The notes beneath the pieces are model-generated. The model was given only the letters and a program-made list of their open reading frames with translations, did not search any database and was not told where the DNA came from. This document shows positions 24,896 through 38,400 of a DNA stretch of 64,000 nucleotides, piece by piece. Origin of the DNA: Lophium mytilinum (Eukaryota). Both the position numbers and the translations under genes were made by a program. The stretch is taken from contig MU004182.1 of assembly GCA_010093605.1 (NCBI GenBank), positions 653,032-717,031 of the forward strand, written 5' to 3'. Position 1 is the stretch's first letter. Every line of letters begins with the position of its first letter.

Positions 24896-26443
24896 ATGTC
24901 ATCAAACCCAAAACGAGAATACCCTCCCTTGGCCCTCCTATCGGACGACCGCCTCGTCGCTCTCCACTCCAGCATCCGAGACTGGCAACTAACCCACGGC
25001 TCTCTCGTCAAGATCGGCAACTGGAACGACGAAGACAACATCCGAGCCCGCCCAATCGGAACCAGCATATTCCCCACACTCTTCCCACGTTGCAGATTCG
25101 AAGAGGCGCTGGAACTCCAGCAGGATTACAATGAGCTCTACGCCGCAGTAGCCGAAGATGCCACCTGGCTCGCCGAAGTGCTGCGTGATATGCTAGTCTC
25201 AGATCCCTTCGCCAAAGCCCTATGGAGCGTGCATCTAAAAGCGAAAGAAACCGGCTACATCCAACCTCTAACCATGGGCATATTCCGATCCGACTACATG
25301 CTCCACCAACAGTCCCTCTCCCCAACCTCCCCATGCCCATCCCTCGCCATCAAACAAGTCGAATTCAACACCATGTCCTGCGCCGGCGGCACCCACGCCA
25401 ACATTATCAACCGCATGCACCACCACCTCGCCGCTACCGGCCTCTACACCACGAATGGGGGGGCCAATCCCATCCACCCCTCCGCCCTCCCAACCACTTC
25501 CACAGTCGCGAACCTCGTCGCCGCCCTCGCCACCGCCCACACCGCCTACGGTCCTCCCACCTCCCCCCTCGCCACCACCACCGCAGTCCTCATGCCCGTC
25601 CAGCCCTTCAACATCAACATCTGCGACGAGCGGCCCCTCGAGTACGCCCTCTGGGCCCATGACCCCCCGATCCCCTGCTACCGCGCCGACTTCCCAACCG
25701 AGTTCCTCGCGCGCACGACACGTACCGAGGCAGGGGCGCTGCTGTTCTACCCGCCGCACAGCACGCAGCCGGTCGAGATATCCGTGGCGTACATGCGCGC
25801 GGGGTACGAAGCCGACGAGCACGACGAAGAAGGCGTCGAAGCACGCGTGCGGATCGAGACGTCGCGGGCGATCAAGTGTCCGAGCGTGCTGGGGCAGTTG
25901 GCGGGGTTTAAGAAGGTGCAGCAGGCGCTGGCGGGGGCGGGGGTGCTGGAGCGGTTCCTGCCGGCAGGGAGCGTGGAGAGGGTGAGGGGGACGTTCGCGC
26001 CGATGTTTCCGCTGGATGAGACGGAGGTGGGGCGCTGGGCGCGGAAAGAGGCGTGGAGGGTGGAGACGGCGGGGCGGTATGTGCTGAAGCCGAGTTTGGA
26101 GGGGGGAGGGCATAATGTGTATAGGGGGGGTATACCGGAGTTTTTGGAGAGGACGCCGGAGGTGGAGTGGCGGAATTGGGTGCTGATGGAGATGATGGAG
26201 CCGCCGAAGTTGAGGAATGTGTTGTTGTCGGCGGAGGGGGTACATGAGGGGGGTGTGGTTTCTGAGCTTGGGGTATTTGGGACATGCATCTGGAGAAAGA
26301 GAAAGGGTGGAGGCGCGGAGATAGTAGAAAATAGGCAGGCCGGGTGGAGCTTCAAGACAAAGGCGGACAGTGTGGACGAGATGAGTGTGGTTAAAGGGTA
26401 TGGGTGTTTTGATACACCGTGTTTGGTGGATGATCTGCTATAG
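24896..26443 (+). CDS. Eukaryotic-type glutathione synthetase-like ATP-grasp ligase (divergent paralogue)
   Basis: Intronless 515 aa. Motifs FRSDYML, KQVEFNT, SRAIKCPS, YVLKPSLEGGGHN and VSELGVFG. Confidence 0.85.
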   Translation: MSSNPKREYPPLALLSDDRLVALHSSIRDWQLTHGSLVKIGNWNDEDNIRARPIGTSIFPTLFPRCRFEEALELQQDYNELYAAVAEDATWLAEVLRDMLVSDPFAKALWSVHLKAKETGYIQPLTMGIFRSDYMLHQQSLSPTSPCPSLAIKQVEFNTMSCAGGTHANIINRMHHHLAATGLYTTNGGANPIHPSALPTTSTVANLVAALATAHTAYGPPTSPLATTTAVLMPVQPFNINICDERPLEYALWAHDPPIPCYRADFPTEFLARTTRTEAGALLFYPPHSTQPVEISVAYMRAGYEADEHDEEGVEARVRIETSRAIKCPSVLGQLAGFKKVQQALAGAGVLERFLPAGSVERVRGTFAPMFPLDETEVGRWARKEAWRVETAGRYVLKPSLEGGGHNVYRGGIPEFLERTPEVEWRNWVLMEMMEPPKLRNVLLSAEGVHEGGVVSELGVFGTCIWRKRKGGGAEIVENRQAGWSFKTKADSVDEMSVVKGYGCFDTPCLVDDLL

Positions 26444-26621
26444 AAGCCCGGAGGTCATCGAAGCACAACCAAAGCAAAGATGTTGTCCGTGGTCAGACTG
26501 ACACATTCGCTACCCCATATATCATCGGCTTTTTGTTGAGCCCTTCATGTACCGAGCCCGTTGTCATAACCATCATAACCCGTATCCCGCCTCACGGCCC
26601 ACCCACGCATCCAATTGTGCT

Positions 26622-27076
26622 CTACAACTCATCCTTCACCCCATCAATACTAACAAGCTCCGTCTCGAACACTGTCCTCAAATTAGCCTCTACACACCAA
26701 TCTTCAAATCAAGATCCCACTCACCCAACACGCTCCCCGCAGGAATCGGCCCCATAGCCCTCTCCCCATACGCCCACTCCGGCTGAATCGTCAACAACCT
26801 CTTCTCCCCGGGACACATATCCAACAATCCCTGATCCCATCCCTTAATCACCTGCCCCTTGCCGACCGTGAAGCTGAGCGGCTGGCCGCGGTTGTACGAC
26901 GCGTCGAACTCGGCGCCCGTGGACTCGAGCGTGCCGCGGTAGTGCACGTTGACCTTGTCGCCGGCGACGGTCTTGCGGGTGCACTCGGCGGGCGTCGTGA
27001 CTTCGATGTTGAGGGGCTTGTCGAGGCACGCGGCGAGGGCGGGGAGGAGGGCGAGGAGGAGGGTTGGGAGGCGCAT
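26622..27076 (-). CDS. FPR2: ER-resident FKBP-type peptidyl-prolyl isomerase (FKBP-13)
   Basis: Signal peptide, VHYRGTL..FDASY and [10 protein letters not shown]. The last exon, after a GTGAGT..CAG intron, ends [15 protein letters not shown]. Confidence 0.93.
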
Positions 27077-27547
27077 TTTGGAGGTTTGAGGGGTTGGGAG
27101 TGGAATTGGGTGGGTATGGGTTTGGTGGGTGAAGGTAGAGGTTTGTGAGATGTGGTAAGAGCTCTGGTGGGCTTTGTGGCAGCTTGCACTGGAGGGACAG
27201 ATTGCTTTCCAGGGTCTCCCCGCGGAGGGCGGTGTGGCGGGGAGCTGATTGGTCGGTGGCCGAGCAGTTGACGTTGGTTTAGAGCCTCATGGATCTGGAT
27301 ATAGTGAAAGAGTTGAAGCCAGCAGTCGAATTCCGATTAAAATGCTTAGACGTTTCTTTGGTTTTCCGGTCGAAACACAGCTTCCTCGCGATTTGCGTCT
27401 CAAAGCACGCGAGTTTGACATTCTACATAATTGAGCGGGCTGTTTGCTATTTCCTGCTTATCACGTGCTTGTTTCATAAATCAAAAAAGGTGCATGTCTC
27501 GAAGTTGTAGATTCATCTCTCATTTTAGGATCGCCGTACTGTGACAC

Positions 27548-28622
27548 TCAAGGACCATCCTCCACCCACTGCAACCCAAAAACCCCAGCCCCAACCTTCA
27601 CCTCCCTCTCCAACAATCCAATTGTATTGAAAATCAGAACCTTCCCATCCTCCCTCCCAATCGCTATCAGTACCTTCCACTCAGTATCCGCATCGCGTCG
27701 ATGGCGTCTTCGCGGTGGAGAAAGCTTCGGCACCGGTAGGACAGAAAGACTGGTCGCAGGACCACTGATATGCCACGTCCTCAGCATCACCGTCCCGCGC
27801 CCGAAGTCGACCAACCGGCATTTTCCATCCCTGCCGACGCTCACCACCCGCGCATCGTAGCCGTATATGAACTCGGCAGCAACAATGCCGCCCATCGACG
27901 CTTTATGCAAGCGCTCATAGCGGCCGATCTCGGACGGCGGGCGGAGAGCGAGCCAGCCAGAAGTTGTAGGAATTCGATATACCGCAAGCGTGCCATCCGC
28001 GAATCCGAGAATGAAAGTCGTAGAATGTGAAGGGTGGAATGAGGCGCATACGACTCGACTCAGTGAGGCTAAAGGTAAGAACTCTAGGGGTGCGCTTCGA
28101 GTGCTGAGATTCTGGATAGAGATCGTAGGTGGGCTGTCCGAAGCCACGAGGAGTAGTTCTGAATTGCTCGAGGTAGCTACCACGGTTGGAGGAGACGGGT
28201 GGGTTTGTGCGGGCTCGAGGAAACGTGAATAGTCGATTGAATAGGTCTGTACAGCGTTGCTGAGGGTTGATGTGAAGAAAAGAGTTCGTGAGTCGCTCGA
28301 AAATTGTAGGACACGAAGTTCGCCCTGTAATCTCTAAAGTCAGAATTGCATCATTTCACAGAGGGCCCAGACTGATACGCACGTCCTCGCCCTTCAACTT
28401 GTATTCCCGACTCATTCCCGGCCTGACATTCTGCAAGATCACGATTTGGCTGTCTGCAATGGCTAGTATCCCGCGTCCATCTCCACTTTGCCTGGCCGCA
28501 AGGATCCCGTTTGTTGCGGACCGAAACACTGGTACTAGGCCGTCGTGTGACCAAGAGAAAACACGTTTGTGAGTCGCTATAAGTAAATGGAAACCGCTTG
28601 GAAACGAGAAGTGGTTGGCCAT
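27548..28622 (-). CDS. WD40-repeat-like protein
   Basis: Two-exon model. Beta-propeller-like segments ASFHP..FILGFADG, VVSVGRDGKCRLVDF and IAIGREDGKV. Confidence 0.7.
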
Positions 28623-28979
28623 TGGGAGAATCGGTCGCGCGGCTAGGAATGTTCGTAGGAGTGATAGATGGTAAGCGATGTCGGAGATACTCCTTTGATC
28701 AAACGAGAAGGCTCGGCCTCGAGCAGGCGCTGATTCCATTCAAGGTAGGCGAGACCACTGGACTTCCATTTGAAACTATGCAACCATCGGTTCGCACCCT
28801 GCGTGGGTTGTTACAGCCTTGCAAGTCTTCAATAATGCTGCCATGATGTCAAAATCGTCTTGTTGATTGGTTAGACGCCTTCAGAGTCAATGGGAAGCGC
28901 CAGATCATCCACCGCAACGAATTCCCCAATTGCATCTGAAGCAAATTAGAAAGAGTGCAGAGATAGCAGAAAACACCGC

Positions 28980-30437
28980 TCACTCACTTTGGGCTTCAAC
29001 CCTGTATCCCCATTGATTAAACCTGATAGTCAAGATGCCTCGAATACTTCCTACATCTCTACCTTTGAGGCCAAAAGTTATAACTTCCAGCCGTGGGCAT
29101 TGCTTTGAACCCTCCGATGCTAGTTCCTTCACTAGCTCATCAATTTCGGCCCTACTACCAATCTCAAATGTCGGCAGCTCCAAAACCTCTAGTGTTGGAG
29201 GAAGAATGTCGGCCCGGTAATCTGTGAGCCAGTCGTGGAGGGCGGGTTCTGGGACAAGAAGATGGGTCAACTTCGCAAAATCTCGGAAAGACACTGGCGA
29301 AGGCAGATGTTTTCCATGCTCCCGAGTTTCCATTTCGGTCCCTCGGATGAAGTGCCCCCCTGGATTTTCGATACTCCACATTCCATCTAGTCTCAATATG
29401 TTTAGGGAGTCCTTTCGGCAAAGCAAACTTTGCAAAGTTCTGTACAGATTGAACTGTGCTAGGTTCTTGGCGCGGTACGGTCGCAAATAGAGTTCGAAAG
29501 ATTTCAATGCCGTGCAATAGAATAGTATATCATCGAGTGCATCTGGAGTCATATCATCGCAATGAATAGCGAGAGAAGTGAGTGAAGAGGTAAATTTCGG
29601 CAAACCAATAGAAGGACGTGTGGAATCCACACGCCATCGTAGACTTTCCAAATCCTGCAACGCTGGGATGCATGGGAAGGCATAGAGATGTCCGACGTCT
29701 AGGCTTCGCAGCGACGGCAGCAACAACCAGGGTGATACAGGGCTGAAGTTATGAGAAAGATGGAACCAAATCCTTAATTTCTGAAGCTTGCTGAATGGCA
29801 GACAGGAATCTGGGTGAACGAAAGCCTTGAGTATGAGCTCTTCCAGCATGCTGTAGCCCCGCCCGTCCTCGTGCTCAATGTACAGTTCACGAAGGTTCGG
29901 TGTATGCCAGAGAAGCAGCACCATCAGGGTGTCCCCCATGGTACATCCCACGTGGAAAAGCTTTAAAAATTGGCTGCGGGTGCTATCGCCCATGGAATGG
30001 TGACGTTTCAGGACGGACGTGAACAGTGACCCAACTTCTCCGTCTAATCTCCGGCCATAAAATCTGGCCAAGTCAGAGCGAAGGAAATGGGCGTAGACCC
30101 TTCGAACATGCAAAGCGAAATTTGGTTGGCGAAGTAGGCTCCGTAGGAAAAGAAGGAGGGAGCGCGGTTCTTTCACATCCTGGTCGAAGCACTCGTAGAG
30201 AGCCGGCTGAGTGTTGAAATTAAGAAACCGGCATGTCAGACAGAGATTCCTCAGGTCGGCCTCTGTGTTGTTCAGGACTATCCTTGCCTCTGGTATTCTC
30301 CTCTGGAACCTAAAGCCACCCCGCTCGTTCTCTTCCAGAACAGCGTCGCGCTCACAAGTAAGCCATGAGAGAATCTCGAGCCAAACCTCTTGCGGGAGAT
30401 GTTGAAGCCCTCTTTCAATGACAGAATTTGTCGACAT
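28980..30437 (-). CDS. F-box / leucine-rich repeat protein
   Basis: N-terminal LQHLPQEVWLEILSWL...LRNLCLTCR, followed by LRR-like repeats (PNLRELYI, LPSLRSL, ALKSFEL). Confidence 0.8.
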   Translation of the reverse strand: MSTNSVIERGLQHLPQEVWLEILSWLTCERDAVLEENERGGFRFQRRIPEARIVLNNTEADLRNLCLTCRFLNFNTQPALYECFDQDVKEPRSLLLFLRSLLRQPNFALHVRRVYAHFLRSDLARFYGRRLDGEVGSLFTSVLKRHHSMGDSTRSQFLKLFHVGCTMGDTLMVLLLWHTPNLRELYIEHEDGRGYSMLEELILKAFVHPDSCLPFSKLQKLRIWFHLSHNFSPVSPWLLLPSLRSLDVGHLYAFPCIPALQDLESLRWRVDSTRPSIGLPKFTSSLTSLAIHCDDMTPDALDDILFYCTALKSFELYLRPYRAKNLAQFNLYRTLQSLLCRKDSLNILRLDGMWSIENPGGHFIRGTEMETREHGKHLPSPVSFRDFAKLTHLLVPEPALHDWLTDYRADILPPTLEVLELPTFEIGSRAEIDELVKELASEGSKQCPRLEVITFGLKGRDVGSIRGILTIRFNQWGYRVEAQSE

Positions 30438-30660
30438 ATTGTTAGTTACCCCTGTTCCGTGTCAAAATGAAGATACTATGATCTTTAGTGAAGGATGTGT
30501 GAAGGATGAAGATTAGGTTGAGGTTTCGGACTACCGTCTCACTGAAGCCTGGGGAATGGTCCGAGCCATCCCTGAGCTCTTCGGCTCGAGATCGGAGCTT
30601 TCAGGTCAACTTTTTCCTCCCCTCACTCCACCACCTCTCCCTCCCCCAATTCACGCTTCA

Positions 30661-31858
<1,198 letters not shown>

Positions 31859-32618
31859 ATGAATGTCTAAAGTAAGATACCCGTTTACTCGTTAGACATC
31901 CACGGTCAATAGTGAGGATTTTACAAAGCCCGAAAGCTATAGTAGGAAGTTGGGCAGTCTCCGAGCAGTACCCTCTCAGCGTACACTTTTTCGGCTCCGG
32001 CTGCGCAAAGGTAGAATTTAAGCGTAGATCTATGTACCTATAGACATGCGGCTTTAGTCCAAAAATCGCAATGCAAATCGGGCCTCAATAAACATAAAGT
32101 GGCAGTCTATGATAACTCCGTCCAAGGCGGCTCGAAAATCCTGCGTGCTTGACAGACTTGTCATCTTCCACTATCCAACAATGCCGTACCAACTACTAAG
32201 AGTCTCGAAGCGGCATTACTCTTGTGTACATACACCCAAAGTAGACATTCAACGGATTGGAAATATCGAGATATCGAGATAGAATCACTTATTCGTAGCC
32301 TGCCACCTTCTATTCAAAAAAGCCAGGCAGTACAACAAAACAGTTCCTTAGTGCAGGTACAGCCAGTTAAGCAAAGAAGTATACGATGGGAGGTTGCAGC
32401 CGTACACGACCTGGTAGAAAGTAGTCACGCCTAGCACTTTGAGCAAGGTTTGTCGCGGGTAAACGCGACCCAATACTCGGAAGACGTCCCAAAAAAAGCT
32501 TTTATTGAATACATGAGGAACCAACATGTGAGAAGTGAGATAAAAGCGCTAGCTGTTGGGTTGGGGCTCTTCGATGCTCGAATGACTCCAGTTGACATCA
32601 CCACTCACATCAGCTCCA

Positions 32619-33680
32619 TTACTCGACCCTTTTTCTGTATTCTTCCGCGTCTCTCCAAGGTTCGATCCACGTGCCATCAAGGACAGCTTGGGGTAAAGTG
32701 GTGTCTGTGAGAGAACATGCTTCAAGTTGGGGTAGTATCGCATCATCGAATAGAATAAAATGGTACCTAAATAGGCGTCTACAACCATATTTATTGCCAT
32801 TGCACTTCCAAAGTTCAGAGGCTCTCGGCCGCCGTTCTGGGACTGCGTCAAGGAGTGCTGCCATTGCAGGTAATATTGACAACCATCGCTTGGTATTGAA
32901 GAGGTGTATTATCCAAAGATAGACTTTGGGAAGATTTGCGGCATAAGCCCGTACACCGTCGGCGATTCGATATTCTTCAAATTCTGCTAGAGACTTCCCT
33001 GAAGCAACTGTCCACATCTCAAGAAATACACACCCGAGCGAAAACATGTCTGCAGCACGCCCTCGCCGCGCGTCTTCGATGTTAGCTTCTGGTGCGCAGT
33101 ACATAGGCGTCCTTTCGCTAGGAAAGCCGATAGATCCGGTTGTAGCGTCATTGATTAGATCCTTTGAAATGCCGAAGTCCGTGATAAATATTTGGTCGCC
33201 CTTGATAAGGATGTTGGCTGGCTTGAGATCCTTATGTCGAATTTTCTCGCCGTGAAGATAGTCGACGGCGCTGGTAAGGCAAAATATCCACTTGTGTAAG
33301 CGGCAACGGGCGTCCATTTGCGTATAGAATCCGGAATCAACGTCTGCTCGAGCAAGATATTCGCCGAGATCCATGTCAGCGACCGGACTCATGATGATTC
33401 CAAAATCAAGACCAGCTTGATATGTCCCGATCAGCCTGACGATGTGGTCATGCCGAAGTCTACGAGCGATCTTGATCTCAGACGTTATCTGTTTTTGCTG
33501 TGCAGCAGCACGAAAGTATCTCGTTCGTATAGTTTTCCTGGCATAGATCTGTGGATCAGACCCGATGGTCTCAACTTTGTCCACGAGCGCATAGCTCCCG
33601 CGGCCGAGATTATCCAAATGCTTGTAAGGCAGCTCAGCCTTGTTGGCGTAAACGGTATGCTTGTGTTCTCCGTCCGCCAT
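32619..33680 (-). CDS. Ser/Thr protein kinase (non-RD)
   Basis: Motifs LGRGSYALV, YARK, HKDLKPANIL, DFG, YCAPE and DMFSLG. Confidence 0.9.
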   Translation of the reverse strand: MADGEHKHTVYANKAELPYKHLDNLGRGSYALVDKVETIGSDPQIYARKTIRTRYFRAAAQQKQITSEIKIARRLRHDHIVRLIGTYQAGLDFGIIMSPVADMDLGEYLARADVDSGFYTQMDARCRLHKWIFCLTSAVDYLHGEKIRHKDLKPANILIKGDQIFITDFGISKDLINDATTGSIGFPSERTPMYCAPEANIEDARRGRAADMFSLGCVFLEMWTVASGKSLAEFEEYRIADGVRAYAANLPKVYLWIIHLFNTKRWLSILPAMAALLDAVPERRPRASELWKCNGNKYGCRRLFRYHFILFDDAILPQLEACSLTDTTLPQAVLDGTWIEPWRDAEEYRKRVE

Positions 33681-34185
33681 GATAGCAATCCAAGGGGTTC
33701 TTCATAGGCGAGAGGTCGATGGGTCAAGGTCTGGTAGTGCGTCGGACGGCAAAGAGAGCCTTCGAAGGAAGTACTGCTGTCCTTCAAATAAACTAGACGT
33801 CATCTCGTCAGTGAGGGACGTTCCTAGTTGTGGGCGTTGCGGCTCAACTCCCGCACATACCTAGCTTGCCTCGTTGAAGGCTGGCAACGAAGATCGTCTC
33901 ACGCGTATAGGGTTCTTGGTGTGAGCATGATAGAGAGAGAAGCAGAGGTGTCGAAGAAGCATTGAAAAAGAAAGGGCAAGGCTGAGGCTGAGGGCTGAAG
34001 CGAAGGCGGGGTGGTTTCCCACCAATTGTAGATATCCAGCCTTGTGTAACAATACACGACCGATCTGCGCCGACTCTTGAGGATCAGCTCTAATATTATC
34101 GCAAACTCTCTTGGTTTCGAATGCTTCTCATCTAATTCGTTCATACGTGTTTCGTATCCCAAGCCGCATGTCTCCTTCGCCCACA

Positions 34186-35430
34186 TCAATCCACGCCCTC
34201 ATCCACGTACTCATTCTCTTTCTGGTCCCCCTTCTCTTCTCCTTTTGTGCTGCCCGCTTTCGCGTCTTTGTGTACCTCCCCAAAGATCTCCTGTGCACTC
34301 TTCACCTTGCCATTCTCCGCCGGCAGAAGCTCGAAGACAATAACGAACAGCTCAGTACCAGTCGCGCGATCTTTAAGCACGTATCTGAGGGAGTGGGTGC
34401 TGCGTTAGAAGAGTTAGGCATGGGATGGGTCGCTAAAGGGAAGAAATAGTACGAATAAAACGAGAGACTCGAACGGAAAGTGGCAAGGAGCAAAAGAAAT
34501 CACAAACATACCGGAGAGGCTGGCCATCCCAGTGACTCACTATAGAGATAGCAGGGAGCCCATATCCAAGTTTTAGCGCGAACTCTGCCAACCATTAGCT
34601 TCTGCACTTTCTTCCAGGATATACCACCAGTTCATCTATACCATTGAAATCCAAATACGGATTGAAGAAATCACACGCATACGTCCTCCCCTCCTCAAAC
34701 TTAAATCCCGTCCGATTCGCCTCCTGCAACGCCCATTTCTGCCGCTGCCGCGCATCATTTGGCATCCCGGACTCTTTCCGTACCTCACGCCCATCCTCTT
34801 CTGCTCCCTCTTCAAACACGACCTCTTCCTCACCCTTCCCGTCTTTCGGCTTCGCTTTGTCGGCGTCTGCTTCTAGCTCCTTTCCATCCTCGCCTTTCCC
34901 GCCGACCCGGAAGATGTTTATGGAGCTGAGTAACGGGCCGTAGAGGTATGGCTCGTCTCCGAGTACGTCGCCATCGAGTCCTGGGTCTATCCAATACTTC
35001 ACAAGCCCTAGTGCCTTATCGAAGAGCGGTGGTAGGCGGTCGCGGATCGGGTGGTCGAAGTCATTGCCAAAGACGAGGTCCTGGCCGGTGATGTGGCGTT
35101 TCGGCGTGAAGGTGAAAGCTATGCTGTAGCGATCGTAGGTATGGAAGGGGTGGGAGAAGTAGGGAGAGTTGGATGGCGAGCTTTTAGGTAGTCCTGTATA
35201 GTATGAGCCTAATCTTCAAGTATATGGGTTGTTGAGGCGTTTGTTGGGATGAAAACGGAGGGGCGAATTTTACCTCTATAGTCCTTTATCCGGACATGTA
35301 TACGGGCGTCAATGTGTTCGGAGGATATGGAAATTGGCTTCGAGCTGTTGACATGTACATCCTCGTGCGTGGTGGGGTCGTAGGAATGCCCCGCTGTGAC
35401 TTTGAGGATGTAGTTTGAGTGATCGGCCAT
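34186..35430 (-). CDS. DUF1769-like conserved fungal protein, multi-exon
   Basis: MADHSNYILKVTAGHSYD..., LVFGNDFDHPIRDRLPP, IDPGL.GD...DEPYLYGP and DFFNPYLDFN. The last exon is the 34186-34380 frame. Confidence 0.8.
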
Positions 35431-38400
35431 GTTGGCGGCCGGGGGAGCGGTGTTGGCCTTGCTACGCTTCTTATGAGGGTCTATTCTAGCAGGAACTGGA
35501 AAATATTGATTCGAGAGCAATCGGAGGGTAATCGATTGAGACCGAGGCGGTTATGGTCGCAAACGATGAATGCACTATTTTTTGTGACGGCGGATGACGT
35601 CCTAAATGTCGCTAAAGCTTGGCATGCAAGTCATAAGCAACGATCACGTGATATGCTCGATATACTCAGACTCTCATCATAGCATGCGAATCCAAAATAG
35701 CAGTAATGTACTGTACTAGGGGAGGGGGGCAAGGCGAAGATCGCAGCATAAGTAGAAATTGTACCAGGCAGAAAGGCATTTTCCACCAGAGATGCCATGT
35801 GAATAGACGTCCACTCCTAATATCCCACAAGTCTAATTGCGACGCTTTAATATATTGAGACGCTATTAGTATTTAGATGTGGTAACAGAAGAGTGCAAAA
35901 TGGCGAAGAGGTAAAATGACCATAGTCTATTGATAATTTCATGACTTCCAGTTCATGGACTCCTACCGCTAGGGAGGCCAATGCCACTGCGGCACCTTGA
36001 CACGTCTGATGGACGAGCTTGAAACCAAGACAAGAAAGGTAGCCGCGCGGTAGCATAATCTAGAAAGTAACGCCTCGCGATACCATGCTTTTAGCAGATT
36101 CATCTTCGCCTTAATGCAGTACTAGACCACAAGTCCAAGCACACGGATCTATCACTGCTCTGCTTTGATGTTGCTCACTCGACACCACTGTAGGGGGCTG
36201 GCCCCTCTGCTGAGCTGCTGATTAGACAAGAGTCATTCTAATCTACACTGCTTGAAACTTGACATCGCCCTTAGATCTTCAAAATCCTGTGGCGGTACCC
36301 CAAGCAGTGGCAGAGTAGTGTGACTAGACTTATGGCCGGTCAATGTAATTGTTAGTTCGACAAGACATCCTCCGTTCTGGCCCCACCTTATCCACCTCGT
36401 GGTCTTCAAAGCTACGCCAGTTCACCGAACATATTAGGATGATGTAGATGAACTGGTGGAAGTTCTCCACTACTTACTCGAGATACATCACCCCTCTCTC
36501 TCTTGTACCTGAAACTTCTACGCTTGAAGTGTCTTTCTCCGACCAGTCGGACCTGGACGTAGAGAAGCCCTGAATTATAAGAATTGAAAGCCACAGTTCT
36601 GCAAAAGACCACGCTGAGCGCGCGACAACATGTCATAGACAGCACCCCTCTCCCTAATATTCCAAGAAAAAAAAATCTTGGCTAGGCGCTCGGTGGTGCG
36701 TGTAGCGCAGGAGTAGGACTCGGAGACCAAGACACGGTACTTGGATTTGGTGTGTGGTTGCTCTTGAGACCACGCCGACGTGCTGATGAGTTTTAAGTCG
36801 GAGCGGAACACTGCTGGATTAGTCAAGTTCCAGGAGATGCGGTGTCTAGCACTTGCTAAACACATCCACGAGAATTTCAGGCTTCCGCGAGCGCACATTT
36901 AGTACAACGACATTGACGACCTCGAGCAATGTAGAAGCGCTTGCTACTGCTATATGTGTTTTACAAAACTTCTAGGTCCAGTGTCGGAGGGTACAGTCGC
37001 AAAAGTTAAGCTATCATTCCTTCTAGGCTGGCCTTGAAAGAGGTCGCATCTCGTTACGAACCCGTTATGTGGTTATTCCCCTAAGCTGGGATCCCCCAGG
37101 CCCGGAAACCTTACAGTGGAGAAGAAGGGTATCCATTAATACGTAAAAGTTGAGTGTATTCCACGGAGTTCGTGTGAACAGCTCGAGGCTCGTTGGATCT
37201 TGCACGACGAGGAGCAGTTTACCATCCATTAGCTGACACTCGAAAGCGTTTTCAATGCGGGGAATTCCAAATCGACCTTCCAACTCCCCTCTTGACTCCA
37301 AAGAGCTTCTCCAATGTCGTTCTAGCTCGAGAATGAGTACAACTTTTCTGACGAGCCTCCGTGCTCGTTCACATCTCTGCTATAGTCAGCTAAACGATGT
37401 AACGAAGATGTGACCGCCTAGATGAAGGGGGTCGAGTATAATTGACGGGATGAAGGCAGGAGATTAGTCACACGACCCCCCTTCAGCACCAGGACCAGGC
37501 CCCACAAGCGGAAGCGATATTGCGGGACCCCCTCATGATCCACGCCGCCTTTGTGACGAGATTCTTAGCGCCATCTCAAGAACGGTGTGATGAGGCGCTC
37601 GGACAACCCCATCAATACATGCATGTTCCAGATCGCAGACTCCGCTAGGTCATGCGTGCATCCAGCACCTCTCAACACAGTCAGAGCGTTCCCTGGATCC
37701 AATTTCCTTGAGGCGTTTGCACGGCCGATAAAACAGAGTTACGCCGTGTGCTTTCCGTTGAAGATCCTTCACGATGCTATGACGGAAATGGAGATCAATA
37801 ATAGCCCCGTCCCAAAGAGGGCTGAGAGTCCCTGAGTCCAGTCGATCGGGCGGAAGCTAGCTGCTAGACGGCGGGGGGATGTACTGAAGGTTCCCGCGAT
37901 GGCGATGCGGATCGATCGCCGAAGATAGCGTGGATATTTTGAAGAGTCGGGTTGATGGATGACGAGCGATTTACATAAAAGGAGACTAGACGCGGGAGTG
38001 CTAAGAGCGATCCGATCGCCTCGTTTAGTAGCTGGAAAAGTCGGATGGACGGGCCGTGATGACTGGTGAGTATCTTAGAAGGAGGAGAATAAAGTTTGTT
38101 CAAGCAGACAATAGTACTAATGATTGTGGAGAGACTCAAGAAGATGGTGATATTGTGAACCATGGATGGGTTGTTTGATAGAGTTTCGATAACGCAGAAC
38201 CAGGGAAGACTAATATATGTTATGCAGCATCTAGTGCAGAATAACGGAATGGACGTGCGAAGTAGAAGACTGGAGATTATTGGAGAAACGGAAAAGAACA
38301 ATGCCAAGTGAGGAGCGTGGGATGTCGAGGCTTCTATACCCCGGGGAACCTTGTAGATTGACCGTATTGCGCCTTGTAATTATTGTTCTTGCCAGGATGT

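Noticed and set aside
25008..26355. Long Pro/His/Arg-rich overlapping ORFs (also 51368-52368 and 52458-53753)
   Set aside because: Shadow frames produced by the C/G skew of the real genes. They carry no family motifs.
36400..38310. Possible pseudogene (36.4-37.4 kb) and small hydrophobic ORF (37864-38163)
   Set aside because: Protein-like fragments only, with no recognisable motif or supportable gene model.
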